Positions 41,954-56,467 of a stretch of DNA of 64,000 nt are shown here, piece after piece. The first letter of the stretch is position 1; every line of letters begins with the position of its first letter. The position numbers and the translations under genes are program-made. The DNA comes from Octopus sinensis (Eukaryota), in the NCBI RefSeq assembly GCF_006345805.1, contig NC_043002.1, positions 29,388,001-29,452,000 on the forward strand. The letters run 5' to 3'. The notes under the pieces are model-generated. The model saw only the letters and a program-made list of their open reading frames with translations, was not told where the DNA came from and did not search any database.

Positions 41954-43476
41954 CAGACAGATAGATCCGTCATGCACATCTCTAATTCTGCACATATTTA
42001 CACTTCCACAGCCACTCGCAAAATGCACCATACACAATACATACACAGACATACAGACACACACACACACACACACACACACCACACACACACACACATA
42101 CACACACACACGTAAATATAAATACACAAAACGCTTTCGTGCAGAAGAGACAAAATGCACTACAAGCATAAATACGCGTCTGTAGTGACGCACACACACA
42201 AATAAATGCAATTTGCTTGCTCACGCGGGAGTAGCGACACAAAACGACTCATTCGCCTCCACACATCGATATGAATGATTACATTTCTCAGCAGGTCGTC
42301 TATATTAAACATATTAGCAACACAAAGGTTATAAGTTCAAATACAGGGGCGGACGCATGTATTATAAGTTCATATTTGCTTGGCTTCATTATGTGAAAAT
42401 GGCTAATATCATCTAAATAACGTAATAGGCATTAAAACTGCTGCGGGCAAAGAGGTCAAGGGTTCGAGCGCAGAACCCAGTCAGACGCACATAAATACAT
42501 AAATTAGCTGATTTGACACACAGGAATTGCAGCGTGTGGAAATAAGAGGAACTCTATGGAGAGGGAATAGTAGAGAGATTGAAGGAAGAGGGGTAGGAGA
42601 AGGGGGAAAATGGGGAGGAAGAGGCGGAGGAGGTAGAGGAATAGAATAGGAAATCACAAATATGATGGGGGGGATAAAGAAATAGAGAAGAGACATATCT
42701 ACAAGAATCATACGGTGATAATTATGATGATTGTGATGATGATGATGATAGTGATAGTAATTTCTTTGCGGATTATGATGGAGGTGGCATTGCAGGCGGT
42801 GAATATGATGATACTAGCTGTGATTGTGGTAATTGCAGTGATAGTGAAGATGAAGATATTGGTCTGTAAGATGCAGTGGATTAAAAAAAAACGGAGTATA
42901 AACAGATGTGAAGGAACTATAAAAAGGATGAAATGTTTATGCTTTCTTTCGATTTTACATTCATTCATTCATTCATTCATTCATTCATTCATTTCCGAAT
43001 CCACTAATTTCGGAAAACTCCTTCGAAACATTTCCATCGCAAGAAATAAAGACTTAGGTCTTAAGTGATCTATGCAGCTATTTCCGGACTAAATCAGGAC
43101 AGATTGACAAAGAAATCCATTCAGATTACACGGAAGATCTGAATAAAAACCGAAGCGTAATACTACGAAAGCTTATGTAAACCATCCACAGGGTACAGTC
43201 CTTTTCTAATCACTCGATTCACAAATTTCTCACAGGTAATTTTAGAAAGAGAAATTATTTGGACTACAAAGATAGGTAAACAACGGTAAAAAGAGAGTCA
43301 GAGATATAAGGGGCCGCGGTTGATTCTGTTAGAATTATCTTGACCGATTTGTGTTTTACGTTTCTTATATAATTTATAGTATATTTTATTTATTAAGTTC
43401 TGTATAGTCTCACATTGAATCTCATGTTTCATTCGTGCCTATTAACTGATGTCCAATTCTTCATTTTTCGGTTTGT

Positions 43477-44084
43477 AAGGCGGTGAGCTGGCAGAAACGT
43501 TAGCACGCCGGGCGAACTGCTGAGCGGTATTTCGTCTGCCGTTACGTTGTGAGTTTAAATTCCGCCGAGGTCGAGTTTGCCTTTCATCCTTTCGGAGTCG
43601 ATAAATTAAGTACCAGTTACGCACTGGGGGTCGATATAATCCACTTGATCCCTTTGTCTGTCCTTGTTTGTCCACATTATATTTAGCCCCTTTTGGGTAG
43701 TAAAGAAATAGGTATTTCGTCTGCTGCTACGTTCTGTGTTCAAAATCCGCCAAGGTCGACTTTGCCTTTTATTCTTTCGGGATCGATAAGTTACGCACTG
43801 GGGTCGATGTAATCAACTTAATCCCTTTGTCTGTCCTTGTCTGTCCCCTCTATGTTTAGCTCTTTGAAGGCAATTAAGAAAGAAGAAGCGTTAGCACACC
43901 GGATTAAATGCTTAGCGGTATTTCTTGTCTTTACGTTCTGAGTTCAAATTTCACCGAGGTCAACTTTGCCTTTCATTATTTCGGGGTTGATAAATTAAGT
44001 ACCAGTTGCGTACTAGGGTCGATCTAATCGACTGGCTCCCCCACCCACAAAATTTCAAACCTTGTGCCTTGAAGAGAAAAGAAT
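43477..44084 (+). mobile_element. SINE family B trimer
   Basis: Three head-to-tail units; the last has the alternative tail GATCTAATCGACTGG..CCTTGTGCC. Confidence 0.88.
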
Positions 44085-45093
44085 ATTTTCTTCCACTTCT
44101 CTATCTAGACATATTGTATGTCTTCAGCATAGTGTAAATGTGGGAGGGGGCAGCAAATATTCAATTATTTGATAATCTATGTAAATGTCTAGAATTTAAA
44201 TCAGAACAAAGAAAGCAAATTACGAAAAAAGAAAAGAGAAAACTATGGAAGTTTGAGAACGTTTTAGTGAAAAACTGGTGTATGTCCCTCCATTGATTTT
44301 CTTTTTCTGCCAAGACAAAAGTATTTGATGGAATTTTTTCCACCATTAGCATTTTCTTTTTGTTTGTTCCAGCAAAACGAGCGAGTTACGGACATGACTT
44401 TTTCTGGCGTTGTTTCTGAACCAGTATCTGCGACGATATCGCATATGAAAGAATATCTATTCGCTGATACGTTTGTAAATGCTCTTGATACGCTCATATT
44501 TCTCTACATGAATAAATATTGGCGCATCCGGTTTTTTTTTGTGCAAGACAGGGAAGAATATAAAACTTATTAATATTTCGTTCATTCTACAAGTTATATG
44601 TGAGGGTGTCAACACGCAATGTTTTAAATTGCGGTTAAGTAGATAATCACAAGAAAGTAATCCATTTAAAGAAATCGTATACTAAAAACACGAATTGACA
44701 ACTCCCTCTTTTGTTGACAAAAACTTGCAGTTGAACACACACGCACGTGCACACACACACGCGCGCATACACAAACACAAACACACACACACGTGCACAC
44801 ACACACACGCACACACACAAGCACGCAGACACACACTTATATATTTATGTATATTGCATTTGAATGTATATATGTAGATAACTGTGTTTGAATGTATATA
44901 TCTCTCGCATTCTCTCTCTCTCTCTCTCTTAGTCTATTTGTGTATATATATACAGCACTAGAAACAGGGTATTCAACTTTTGTTGTAGATTCTCATTTGC
45001 AAGTTATTACAAACCCATGCACATACTGCACATTCATACACTTGCGTGAGCACAAGCTTACATCCGTAAATTGTTCCCTACCATCACCCAAAG

Positions 45094-45135
<42 letters not shown>

Positions 45136-45214
45136 AAAGAAGCTCAAACACTAAAATTATGCCCCAACACCCTCACACATCCATAAACACACACATACAT
45201 GCGCCCCCACTTAC

Positions 45215-45227
45215 GTTAATGCAGACA
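45215..45227 (-). CDS. Candidate 13-nt micro-exon
   Basis: GGCAGTTTTCAG|TGTCTGCATTAAC|GTAAGT. Based on splice signals only. Confidence 0.25.
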
Positions 45228-48200
45228 CTGAAAACTGCCACATTAATTCACGTATATACTAAATGAGAAACATCGCCTTCCAGGTGCTGAAAGAATATTT
45301 TATGCTATGTGAAAGGTTAAGGGAACAGGTGTGTTACTAAATTCACTTCTGTGCATGTTATAAGATGTATCATATTAACACAAGACAAATGTACTTATTT
45401 TCATCATAATCAGAATTTTCTCCATGCTGTGTTTCTTTACTTTGGTTATCGACTTTGTATCCAGAACGCTCCCAGAGTAGAAGATATATAATATATTCAC
45501 TTACTCGCTGTTTTCGTGAATTCAATGGATCCGTCAAATTGATGTATGAGCTGAACCGTCTGTAGCGAATAGATCAAACAACATAGAGTGAAAAACCTTT
45601 AAACATATACCAACCGCTACGTATTAGCAATTCAGTTCTATATTGTCTACATCTGCATATCTTGCCAGACTTCAACATCATTCATCAATGATATATTTTG
45701 CTGTATTCCCTGAACACTAAGAGACACGTTTCTAACTCAATGCCCACTTGTTAATTGATTTAAGGAAACGTACCGGAACCAAAGTTACAATAGCGTCGGT
45801 CAGTCAGCTTTCCACTGCATTCTGATTCTTCGTTTCTTCACCACTTTTATTTACATTTATGCTATTAACTTTATCATGAGGGTAACAAATTGTCTTAGAT
45901 TTCTCATTACGATAATCTGATCAATTCTGAGACAAGTTTCAAAAAATTTTAGGTCTTGTTTCTTTAGTAGGACGTATTGTTATTAAGCCGGCAAGCTGTC
46001 CATAATCGGCACTTGATGTTCTGAGCTCGAATGCTACTGTCGTTGACTTTGCCTTTCATAATTTCAGGGTCGATAAAATATGTATCAGTTGAGTACTGGA
46101 GTAGATGACGTCTTTGTTAATTTCTTCTTGCCAAAATCTTAGGTCTGGTTCATAGAGGAGAAAGAATTATTATTGTATTTTATTACTCGTTTGGTATCCG
46201 TTAACATTTTGTGATTTCTGAAATCATGCAATAAGAAGTGATTTAGCGAAATGGAATAGCAAAAATGATAGAACGCTGACCCGAATCTCTAGTAAGTATT
46301 TAGTGACATCAAGTTCTGATTTTAATGCTTCTACAGACACCAACACAGTTTTCGTTTTCTGCTTGTATCAGAAATATCTATTATCCCTCTATTTTGTGTG
46401 CTGATTGGCTATTACATACAATTGGCTATTGCAAATAAAATCCAACACTTCAGGAAACACAAGATCGTACGTTCTTCTCACTCATGCTCTATAACATAGC
46501 ACTTTGCTGATATAAGACGGAAAGCTGTTAATAACATAGAAGAACTAGAATGAATTAAAGAGACTAGTTTATTCGGATTTGTGATTTATTGTGTATTTGT
46601 TTTTTTGCTTTAACTATCATATGCTCATGAAATCATAAGCACATCTTCAACAATGAGAAATAAACACACGCATACACACACAGACACACATACACATGCA
46701 TGTATATTCTATGAAATAAGGTTTCATTCAACAACTCAATTTATACATAAGCCTGATGAGTCGATATTTTCCAATATTGCTAAAATAATAACCTTATTAT
46801 AACAATATTCCAGCAACAACCCCCTGGGAGAGTGTTGATGAAGCAACTGTCGAATTAGGCAATAAAACCAGTTCCTTACTTATACAGACCTACAGCATAG
46901 AATACTAGTTTATCAAGAACTTTGACCACGGAATATTTTAACTAACTACTTCGAATATAATGACTTATAAAATGTCACATCTGTGAATTAAACTTAGATA
47001 TGAACTTAAAACACAAACAATGCTCATGAGAATTTACGGTGCGCTGTCGGCTGGGCACCAAGTTAACGCTGTATTTAACATATTTCTTAGAGACGCACTA
47101 GTCATGGTACTAGATATTTACAAGGATCGTGTTTAATGTATGCTCGTAGACAGTAATATCTATGGAATTTCTGTTATAATTTCTGACAAGAATTCATTCT
47201 TTGCTTTCTAATATGCTTTAAATATTTGACTTTTGCCTTTATTTACTTTAGAAATAAGTAAATACATAAAAAAGAATTAGAAACAATGTCTACGCTTATA
47301 GTTTCATCACTAGATCTTTCTCTCTTTCTCTCTCCCACTGGCGGCAAGCAAGTTAGACGATAAAAGAAAAGAAAAAAAGCTTTGTGGTTGTTGTTTCGTT
47401 TCATTTTTATCTCCGACACTTTACTTTTGAGTTCAAATCCTATCGAAGTCGACTTTATCTTTCATCATTTTATGCTCGATAAAAACAAGTGCCCAGCTTA
47501 CTGTAGGGTCGGTAGTGTCAACTAACCAATTCTCAAGAAAAAAGTAAGTTGGTGTAGTGTTTAAATCAGTATATTTTATTATCTATAACTTTAGGATGGT
47601 TGATTGACAAAATCGTGAAATAGTCGGAAAACGCATTTTACAGTGTCAACTCCGGTTCAACTCCTGACGGGTTAAAATTTGCTTTTCATCACTCCGGAAT
47701 GGATAACGTGTGGTATTAGTTTTATACTAGGGTCAACAGTATTGACTAATACTTTCTCCTCAAAGTTGTTCATCTCTACCTAAATTAGAAACAATTAATA
47801 TCTTTTAATCATTGAGGTAAATTCGAAGTCAAGGTAGCTTCTGCATGTGAGAAAAAGTAAAATAGCTCACTACACACACACACACACACACACACACGCG
47901 CGGAATAAATAACTATTTGATTATGTTTTGATTATGTTTTGATTATGTAAAATATGTTTGTAATAACGATGTAATTTCTGATAAAAACGAACAATTTTCA
48001 AGTCAACTTTCATAAATATTAATTGTCTTGAAATTGTTCAATACTAACATAAATTCAGTGACATTATAAGCTGGCAATACCACAAAATATCACAGGGTAT
48101 ATTAAAACAGTTACTTTTATAACGTAATATTTTTGTTAATGTTGAGTGGGGTACGGCTTTATTTGGTGTTCCTTTGTAGCTGCCGCTCATAGCATAAGTT

Positions 48201-49447
48201 CTTTGTATTTTGCCAGCTGTATTTTCCCTCATGTCAAATCTTGAACAGTTTCATTACTCTCCTGCTGAAACAAACTTATGGACGATTTGATTTATATCCA
48301 TCGTCTTCTTTGTTAAATTGAATGTGACGTCATAACGAGTCGTATTTTCAAACTTCCCCGACTTGTACGGCGCTTAGAAACAAAACTATGCTTCAAAAGC
48401 GAGTTTGTAAATACATGAAGTAATAATAATTTGAGGTCATTCTTTTATTGCGCATCTTAACAACCATTTGTTTCACACGGCGGAGAATAGTTGCAGTTAG
48501 ATCTCCCTGGCATCGATGTCTGAAGGTTTTGTGAATAAAAATTCGTGAATATTAGTTCATCCTTCAATACAGTACAAACACTATATTTACGCCCGATCTT
48601 GACTGATGGAGTGTAGAAAGTAATTTGCTGCCACAACTCCGGGCAAGGCTGTATATGGAAGACCAACATTCACCTTTCCATACGAGGCTTCCCTCTCCAC
48701 TCTACCGATGTTACGCAAAGGAAAGGTAAAGCTTGGCACCAATTACGTCACCAGCTAAGTGAGCTGGAGCAACGTGAAACAGTGTCTTGCTAAAAAAAAA
48801 AAAGGCACAATACACAGCGCGGACCGGCAATCGAACTCACTAACTGATGATTGTGAACCCGACGCTCTAACCACTGAGCCATGCGTCTTCAATGACGTGA
48901 CTGATTACATATTTATATAGAAATATGTGATGTAATTGAAATTGAAGGTCTAGCTGATGTTAAGTTCTATGCTGTCAGTGTGTGACATACTTGAAACCTA
49001 ATGGAATGAGAAAATTAAAATAGCCATAGTAAGGTAGCTGTGTAGCTGTGCATGAATTTTCGCTAAATGTTAAGCCAGACTATTTTTTTTAATGTCATGG
49101 TACGGCTGTAAATTTTTAAGGATGGACAATTGGGAAAATTAGAATAGTACATATTTACGTGTTCGAATCAAGTTGGTGTCGCCAATGTGGAGCAAATGTA
49201 TAATCTTGTAACGAAATATAAGATTCAAATTTCAAAATAGCAAAGAAAGTTCTTTTTATATGTATAATTGCCTTTGAAGAACACAAATGGCATGACTACA
49301 TTAACCATATTTCTACGTAATGATGTAATAGCTATAGTGCAGGAAACAATATAACAGATGTCCGAATCAATGTTTTCCTTTCAACGTTCATAACGTAACA
49401 ATATAATAATAACCGATTGTATATTTTGAACGACATTATTACGTGAA

Positions 49448-50020
49448 AGGCGGCGAGCTGGCAGAAACGTTAGAACGCCGGGCGAAATGCGTAGCCGTAT
49501 TTCGTCTGCCGTTACGTTCTAAGTTCAAATTGCGCCGATGTCGACTTTGCCTTTCATCCTTTCGGGGTCGATTAAATAAGTACCAGTTACGCACTGGGGT
49601 CGATATAATCGACTTAATCTGTTTGTCTGTCCTTGTTTGTCCCCTCTGTGTTTAGCCCCTTGTGGGTAGTAAAGAAATAGGTATTTCGACCATGGCTTCG
49701 TTCTGAGTTCAAATTCCGCCGAGGTCGACTTTGCCTTTCATCTTTTCGGGGTCGATTAAATAAGTACCAGTTACGCACTGGAGTCGATATAATCAACTTA
49801 ATCACTTTGTTTGTCCTCTCTGTGTTTAGCTCCTTGTGGGTAGTAAAGAAATAGGTATTTCGTCTGTCGCTACGTTCTAAGTTGAAATTCCACCGAGGTC
49901 GACTTTGCCTTTCATCCTTTCGGGGTCGATGAATTAAGTACCAGTGAAACACTGCGGTCCTTGTAATCGAGTAGTCCTCATGCCTCAAATTTCAGGTCTT
50001 GTGCCTTTAGTAGAAATGAT
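49448..50020 (+). mobile_element. SINE family B trimer
   Basis: Three units joined at AAAGAAATA|GGTATTTCG (about 49680 and 49855). Confidence 0.9.
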
Positions 50021-51478
50021 TATTACGTCAAAATGTTGATAACAATAATGCATTTTCTCACAAAACCTAATAAGCCTCAAATAAACATACTTAAATGTCT
50101 TAAAATTCTTCTACATTAAACAGCGTATACAGACTTCAGTGATATAATGTAAGCTGTCAATATTAGAGAACTTGCACGAGTCATTTCCATATCATGTTTT
50201 GTAACTTAGTGACGTAGTATTGTCCTGACGTTATGATTGGTACCATGGTATTTGGTTTGTTGTCGTTGCGGCAGCTTACTGTTTACTGCTCGACAGTTGG
50301 AAGTCGACAACCTTGCAGTATAATTTCATCGAGTTGTATCAGCAATATTTTCCCCCTCCTCTTGAGAAAATAAAAAAGTGGCTTTTAGATATAACAGCAA
50401 AATATTCTTGTATGATATTTTCTCTTTTCTTTCGTAAATGTCAATACAAATATAGATCTCGATGGATTTTTTTGATAAAAGAATGCACTGGTAATTACAC
50501 AGATAGCGGTTGGTGGAAAAGCCTTAGGATATGATAAAATCTGTCTTAGGAAATGCTAGACTTTGACTTACAACAATTAAGGTAAAGTTTACGTATACGT
50601 TTCGCGAAAATGAACATCGATAAGCTAATTAGCTAATTTATGTGGTTAATGGCAATATATGTAGTTATATATAAGTTGTCATCTAAGTGGAACAATTTGT
50701 TTTGTAGAGTTAATGGACATTGCTGAAAAGAAAAGTTAGGTAAACGCATGTGAATTGAAAATGAAAGAAATGACTCTGTGGAGGCTAGGCCAAAGCTTAC
50801 TTCTAGTACAATGAAAGAACAAAATGACAATTTAAGGATGAGTGTTGCCAAAATAGAAATCAAATGTAGAGGGACAAACTGTTCCTGGCATTAAGCAAAT
50901 GTACCCGGTCGATGCTAATAATTTTTGTTTCTCAATATAACCTGAAACATGTCTCAACATTTAAGTTAAGATTGGCTAAAAGTTTTGATTGAGTAAAGCT
51001 TTGATTGATTAAAGTAGTATTGTGACAACGGAAAAAATAAAAAAATGGTCAAGGACTTTCGTTAAACTATTCAAAATTGGCCCACAGGATACTAGTAAGT
51101 GAGCTAAAGCCACAGGTTGGCTAAAATAATGCATGAAAAAAAATTACAAAGAATTTCAGCCCAAAGTCTTTGATTCTTGTTGTTTATGACGACATGTTGT
51201 TTAAGATGTCACCTTTGTTATTTTCGTGATGACGTAATATGATGGTACGTGGAAAGCTTAGAAACAAACTTGCTTATTAAGTTAAATGGATTTCATTGAA
51301 GTTATGACGTGATAATTCTTTGTGTGGTCATTCTCGGTTTATCACCTTAGTGACGATAACAGTGGCGTTTAGGGGGATAAAACGTTTATGTACTTAAGGA
51401 ACTATGCTCCATTGTTGTGTAATGTTGTAAGCAAAATTTCCATACTTTCAAAACTGTTTCTGTGGACTATTTCAGTGG

Positions 51479-51563
<85 letters not shown>

Positions 51564-51653
51564 GCTCTCTCTCTCTCTCAAACTTTCTCTCTTTCTCGTC
51601 TCTCTCTCTCTCTTGATATATATCTATATATATATATATAAGGGAAGAATCTT

Positions 51654-51848
51654 GCAGGAGTTATATTTGTTTCGCAATGGCTGTATGGTAAGTAGCTTGC
51701 TTACCAACCACATGCCTCCGGTTTCATTTCCACTGCGTGGCACCTTGGGCAAGTGTCTTCTACTATATCTTCAGGCCGGCCAAAGCCTTGTGAGTAGATT
51801 TGGTGGACGGAAACTGAAAGAAACCTGTCGTATATATGTATATATATA

Positions 51849-51886
<38 letters not shown>

Positions 51887-52152
51887 TATATATATATAAT
51901 ATATATATATATATTATATATATATATATATGTATTTATGTGTTTGTATATGTTCGTGTGTCTTTCCACCTACATCGCTTGACAACCGATGCTGGTGCGC
52001 TTACGTCCCCGTAACCTAGCGGTTCGGCAAATAGGCCGTTAGAATAAGTACTAGGCTTACAAAGAATAAGTCCTGGGGTCGATTTCCTCGACAAAAGGCG
52101 GTGCTCCAGCATGGCCACAGTCAAATGACTGAAACAAGTAAAAGAGTAAAAA
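51654..52152 (+). mobile_element. SINE family A, full length
   Basis: Same consensus, with a 17-nt insertion in the head and a long (TA)n spacer. Confidence 0.88.
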
Positions 52153-52310
52153 AGTAGAAGAGTAGTCCGATGTTGTCCGTGAACACGAATGTACGACAAA
52201 AGAATTTGCGTTCGACCGTTTATGTTGTTTATATAGACATTCTGCTGTATCCTGCCGGTGACAGCGTGGTTATAATGTCATGTTTTTGGCACAGCTGATA
52301 TTTATGTGTT

Positions 52311-52344
<34 letters not shown>

Positions 52345-52474
52345 TGTATGTATGTATGTATGTATGTATGTATGTATGTATGTATGTATGTATCTATGTA
52401 TGTATGTATCTATGTATGTATGTATGTATCTATGTATGTATCTATATATGTATCAATCAATCTATCCATTTATA

Positions 52475-52553
<79 letters not shown>

Positions 52554-53456
52554 ATAGTGGAAAGGTAGGAATCGTGTCTTTTCTTGCTTATTTCTTTCTT
52601 ACTCTGTTTTGATGAAGATTTCATCGAAAATGTTATTTTCTTTTTGCTTGGTCATATTGACAGTGCGATCGAAATCTCAGAGCTCCCATTAGTTTGTATG
52701 TTACACCAGGAATAGAACTATTTACTCATAGCTTCTGGCTGATTTATCCAAGGTATTAGTTTGTAATTTCGTGGTGCAATAGAATAGAAATTAAAAAAAA
52801 CAAAAAAAAAATGCAAACAAGCAAAAAAAAAAAAGAAAGAAGAGACAGACATAGAAGATATTTAAAATAACTAAGAAAAACTGTCTGGTTCTACTCAACT
52901 CGAAGTTATATTTCTACCCAAATAGTGTGTATTTAGATTATTTTAGGGTCACATATGGTCAAATAACAGTTACGAATTCTTGTTTATCTATTAATCTTAT
53001 TGTCAACAGAGTCCGCCAGTAAAACAGTAACTGGCTCCGCTCTATATATTTCTGTTGACGAATTGAGAAAATTGTTAAAGCCTTGTGCAAAATTCATTGC
53101 TGTAATTAGTTACGTTCTGATTTTAAATTCCGCCGAGGTCAATTTTGCCTTTAACATCTGAAGGGTCAATATACTAAAGAACCAGTTAAATACAAGGTCC
53201 AATAGCATTGATCAACTCCCTCCCTTCAAATTCGCTGGCCTAGTGCTGTAAATTAAAACCCACCGAGCTGTGAGCTGGCAGCAGAGTCAAATCATCGGAA
53301 AATACCTTCTGGTCTCTTTCTGTCGTGAATTTAAATGCTGTCGGGGTTACCTTTACATTTCATATTTCCGGGGTCAATAAATTAAAGTATCAATCAAGAA
53401 TTGGGCTCGATAGCATCGACTTGTGCTAAACCTTGAAATCATTATCATCATTATTA

Positions 53457-53516
<60 letters not shown>

Positions 53517-53517
<1 letters not shown>

Positions 53518-53725
53518 GGCAGTGAGCTGGCAGAATCGTTAGCATGCCGGGCGAAATAGAGGTATGTCGTCTGTCTCTACGTTCTGAGTTAAAATTCCAC
53601 CGAGGTCGACTTTGTTTTCATCCTTTCGGGATCAACAAATTAAGTACCTGCTGAGTACTGGGGATCGATCTAATCGAGTACCCTCTCCCCACAAATTTTT
53701 GCCTTGGGGCAAAATTTGAAACCAT
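53517..53725 (+). mobile_element. SINE family B, alternative tail, next to (ATT)n
   Basis: Head AAGGCAGTGAGCTGGCAGAA after an (ATT)n run. Confidence 0.85.
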
Positions 53726-53739
53726 TATTATTTTTATTT

Positions 53740-54375
53740 TCATGTACACTCAATAGATTAGACAGTTGGCAAAGAAAAGAACTCTAACATCGGGCTACAG
53801 CATGTAGCCTTTAATGTTAAGAACTCTCCTATTGGGTTATAGCAAGTAACATTAAATGCCAAAAGCCCTCCTAGCTATCCCTAATAACATTGTTTTCTGG
53901 AGCTATACTAAGCTGGGTTTCATGCCTATTTCCTCTATGCATTTGTTTAGATCTTTAGGGATAATGCCTAATGCCCCTATAACTACTGGGATACATTTTA
54001 CTCGCACTTCCCATAGTCTCTGTAATTCAATAGCTAGGTCCTGGTATTTTGCTATTTTTCTATACCTCTTATATTAATCTTTTTCATCATTTGGAACTGT
54101 AACATCAATCATCTGGCACTTTCAATTGTTTTTATCTACTACTACCAAATCAGGCCTTCTAGCTTCTATTACTCTGTCAGTCTGAATGTTAGTCCCACAA
54201 CATCTTGTATTTCGTACATTCTAGTACTTTACGAGGTTCATGTTCATAGCATTTATCAGTATGGTCAAATTCTAGATATCTACATAGCTCCCAGTGGGTT
54301 GCACTCCCTAGATTGTCATATCTTTTCTTGTATTCTTTACGTGCCAGCATGCAGTCTGTATTAAAGAATCTATTG
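53740..54375 (-). mobile_element. R4/Dong-type non-LTR retrotransposon 3' fragment (restriction-like endonuclease)
   Basis: ARKEYKKRYDNLGSATHWELCRY..QTDRVIEARRPDLVVVDKNN*KCQMIDVTVP..KIAKYQDLAIELQRLWEVRVKCIPVVIGALG..LLGIARRAFGI* contains the RPD..D..K RLE motif. The 3' end abuts a TAA-rich tract. Confidence 0.88.
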
Positions 54376-54779
54376 CTTTTTCATTCTTACTAGAAACTTC
54401 AGATCATCCATGTAGAGCAAATGGTAAATTTTCCCTTTGCTATTTCTGAACTGATACCCTGCCTTTGCCTTCCTTAATACTAAACTGGGGGAGATCAAAC
54501 ATTATTATTATTGTTGCTGGTGGTGTTTTTTTGCAGGAGAAAGAAACTGAATAACAAAAGACATATGCTCTGTACTGAAAATGAGGGCGAAGAAAGCAAT
54601 TATCAGGAAGAAAAATAAGAAAAGAGCTAAAATTAGCGCCAAAAATAGAAGGTGCGAATGGACAGAACAATGATACGCCAACACCAACTATAATAACAAT
54701 CTTAAACAGCAACAAAAATACGTCAACACCATCATCACATCAGCATTACCACATCATCACCTCCACCCTCTCGATTTCA

Positions 54780-55437
54780 ATGATTTCCTCGAGCGCTACG
54801 ACCTGCTACGACTTTCGGAAAGAGACGGGAAGTGTTGCGGAAGACCAACACGTAGGACTGAAATGCGGGAAGCATCTGTTGGCTGCAACGGAGGTGAGGT
54901 ATGCAAACAATTCTTTTGGATGGTCTACTCTACAATATTTAATTTTCTGTGAGTCGAGGAGTAGTAACGTTGCTAAGAAAGGACCCACTTGAGTGGGATC
55001 ACGGTGACAATTTTCTGTCCATAGATCTGTTAAACGCAGAGTTCAAAATTGTGGCCTAGTTGTTTGCTAAAAGGATGGCGCTTTTCATCGATGGTCTAAT
55101 TATTGATACAGGAATATGAGCCATCCGCGGCAACCTCTATATTAAGCGATACGTCGTAGATAGCCTGGGCAAGGAACGTGGTAGCGTGAGTCCCCTGATC
55201 ACTTTCGATCAATGAAAAGCTTGGCGGCTGTTCTTTCGGAGGCCGGATTCAGATCCCTTTTCTGAGATTTCATTGCCGCAGTTTACTGTAACATCCCCTT
55301 GATAGTTAAGATGAATTACCAACAATGAAAATAATCAGTATCTTGCTCTCGGTCAGTCAACGTTACACCCTCTCATCTCTTCTTTATGTGCTGAGTCTCG
55401 AGCCACTACTGCAGAAACTAGAGACGTTGAGGGGCAG
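54780..55437 (+). mobile_element. Decayed Tx1/L1-type reverse transcriptase fragment
   Basis: Frame-shifted peptides DGLLYNI, LRKDPLEWDHGDNFLSIDLLNAEFKIVA*LFAKRMALFIDGLI, LITFDQ*K, LAAVLSEAGF and LSSLLYVLSLEPLLQKLE follow the L1-clade RT motif order (NxRPITLLN.DxK, DQxKAFD, LSPLLY.L.LEP). Confidence 0.85.
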
Positions 55438-55951
55438 TAAATTTTGAGGCAAATTTGCCACTCTTTTTCTAAACCTTATGATTCTGAAGAAGTTCCATTC
55501 TTAGTTAAGAGACGAATGCATTAATGTCATTGTTGCGGTGTAAATAATTGCCATGGAATTAACGGTATCTTTGTGGCAGTTGCTGAAGTTGTTGGCGAAA
55601 AAACTTCCCATAAAATGATGCTGATAATAATGACGAGACTGAAAACCGCAGGTGAAAGGAAAAAAAAAAGACGAAAATATCAATACAAATAGTAAAGGTA
55701 AATGAATAAATAAAAATAATAATTATTTCAAATTTGTGTAAGCTAATTGAAAACGTAAATTAAATATCAGAAAAATGCGAAAAATTGTATTGATATAAGC
55801 TAGCTACTTGTTAACCTTGTGAATATTCATTTTCAACATGTTTTCTTAAATTCCCACAATAAAAAAAGAAAGCCACACATGCATAAAAAACATTAAAAAA
55901 TATTCACAGACATAAACGTATGCATACATATACATACACAAGCAGACATAT

Positions 55952-56014
<63 letters not shown>

Positions 56015-56315
56015 ATAGATAGATAAATAGATAGAGAGAGAGAGCGAGACTGAGAGACAGAATTTGATAGATAGGTAGATTGATAGAGAGATAGCTAGAT
56101 AGACAGATAGATATCATACTTACAAAAAGTAATAAACAGGTGCATTGGAATACACGCATATACAGATACAGTACAGTGTATATGTGCATGTTAGTATGTT
56201 TATGCCTGTATCTTATTGTGAATATACCGAAATATATATGCGTATGTATGTATATATGTATGTGTGTATATATGTATGTGTGTATATATGCATAGATGAA
56301 TATATACATATGTAT

Positions 56316-56351
<36 letters not shown>

Positions 56352-56407
56352 ATATAAATATGTATATATATATATATATATTATATATATATATATATTT
56401 GTATATA

Positions 56408-56467
<60 letters not shown>

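Noticed and set aside
46745-46780. CTGATGAG followed by a weak hairpin
   Set aside because: There is no GAAA and stem II is poor.
48044-48300. Peptide vaguely like a pogo/CENP-B HTH
   Set aside because: The similarity is too weak and no TIRs were identified.
43477-50020. Regularly repeated family B units as a CRISPR-like array
   Set aside because: The units are long SINE multimers with no unique spacers or cas genes, in a eukaryotic context.
51388-52014. 208-aa ORF
   Set aside because: It runs through (TATC)n and a family A SINE.
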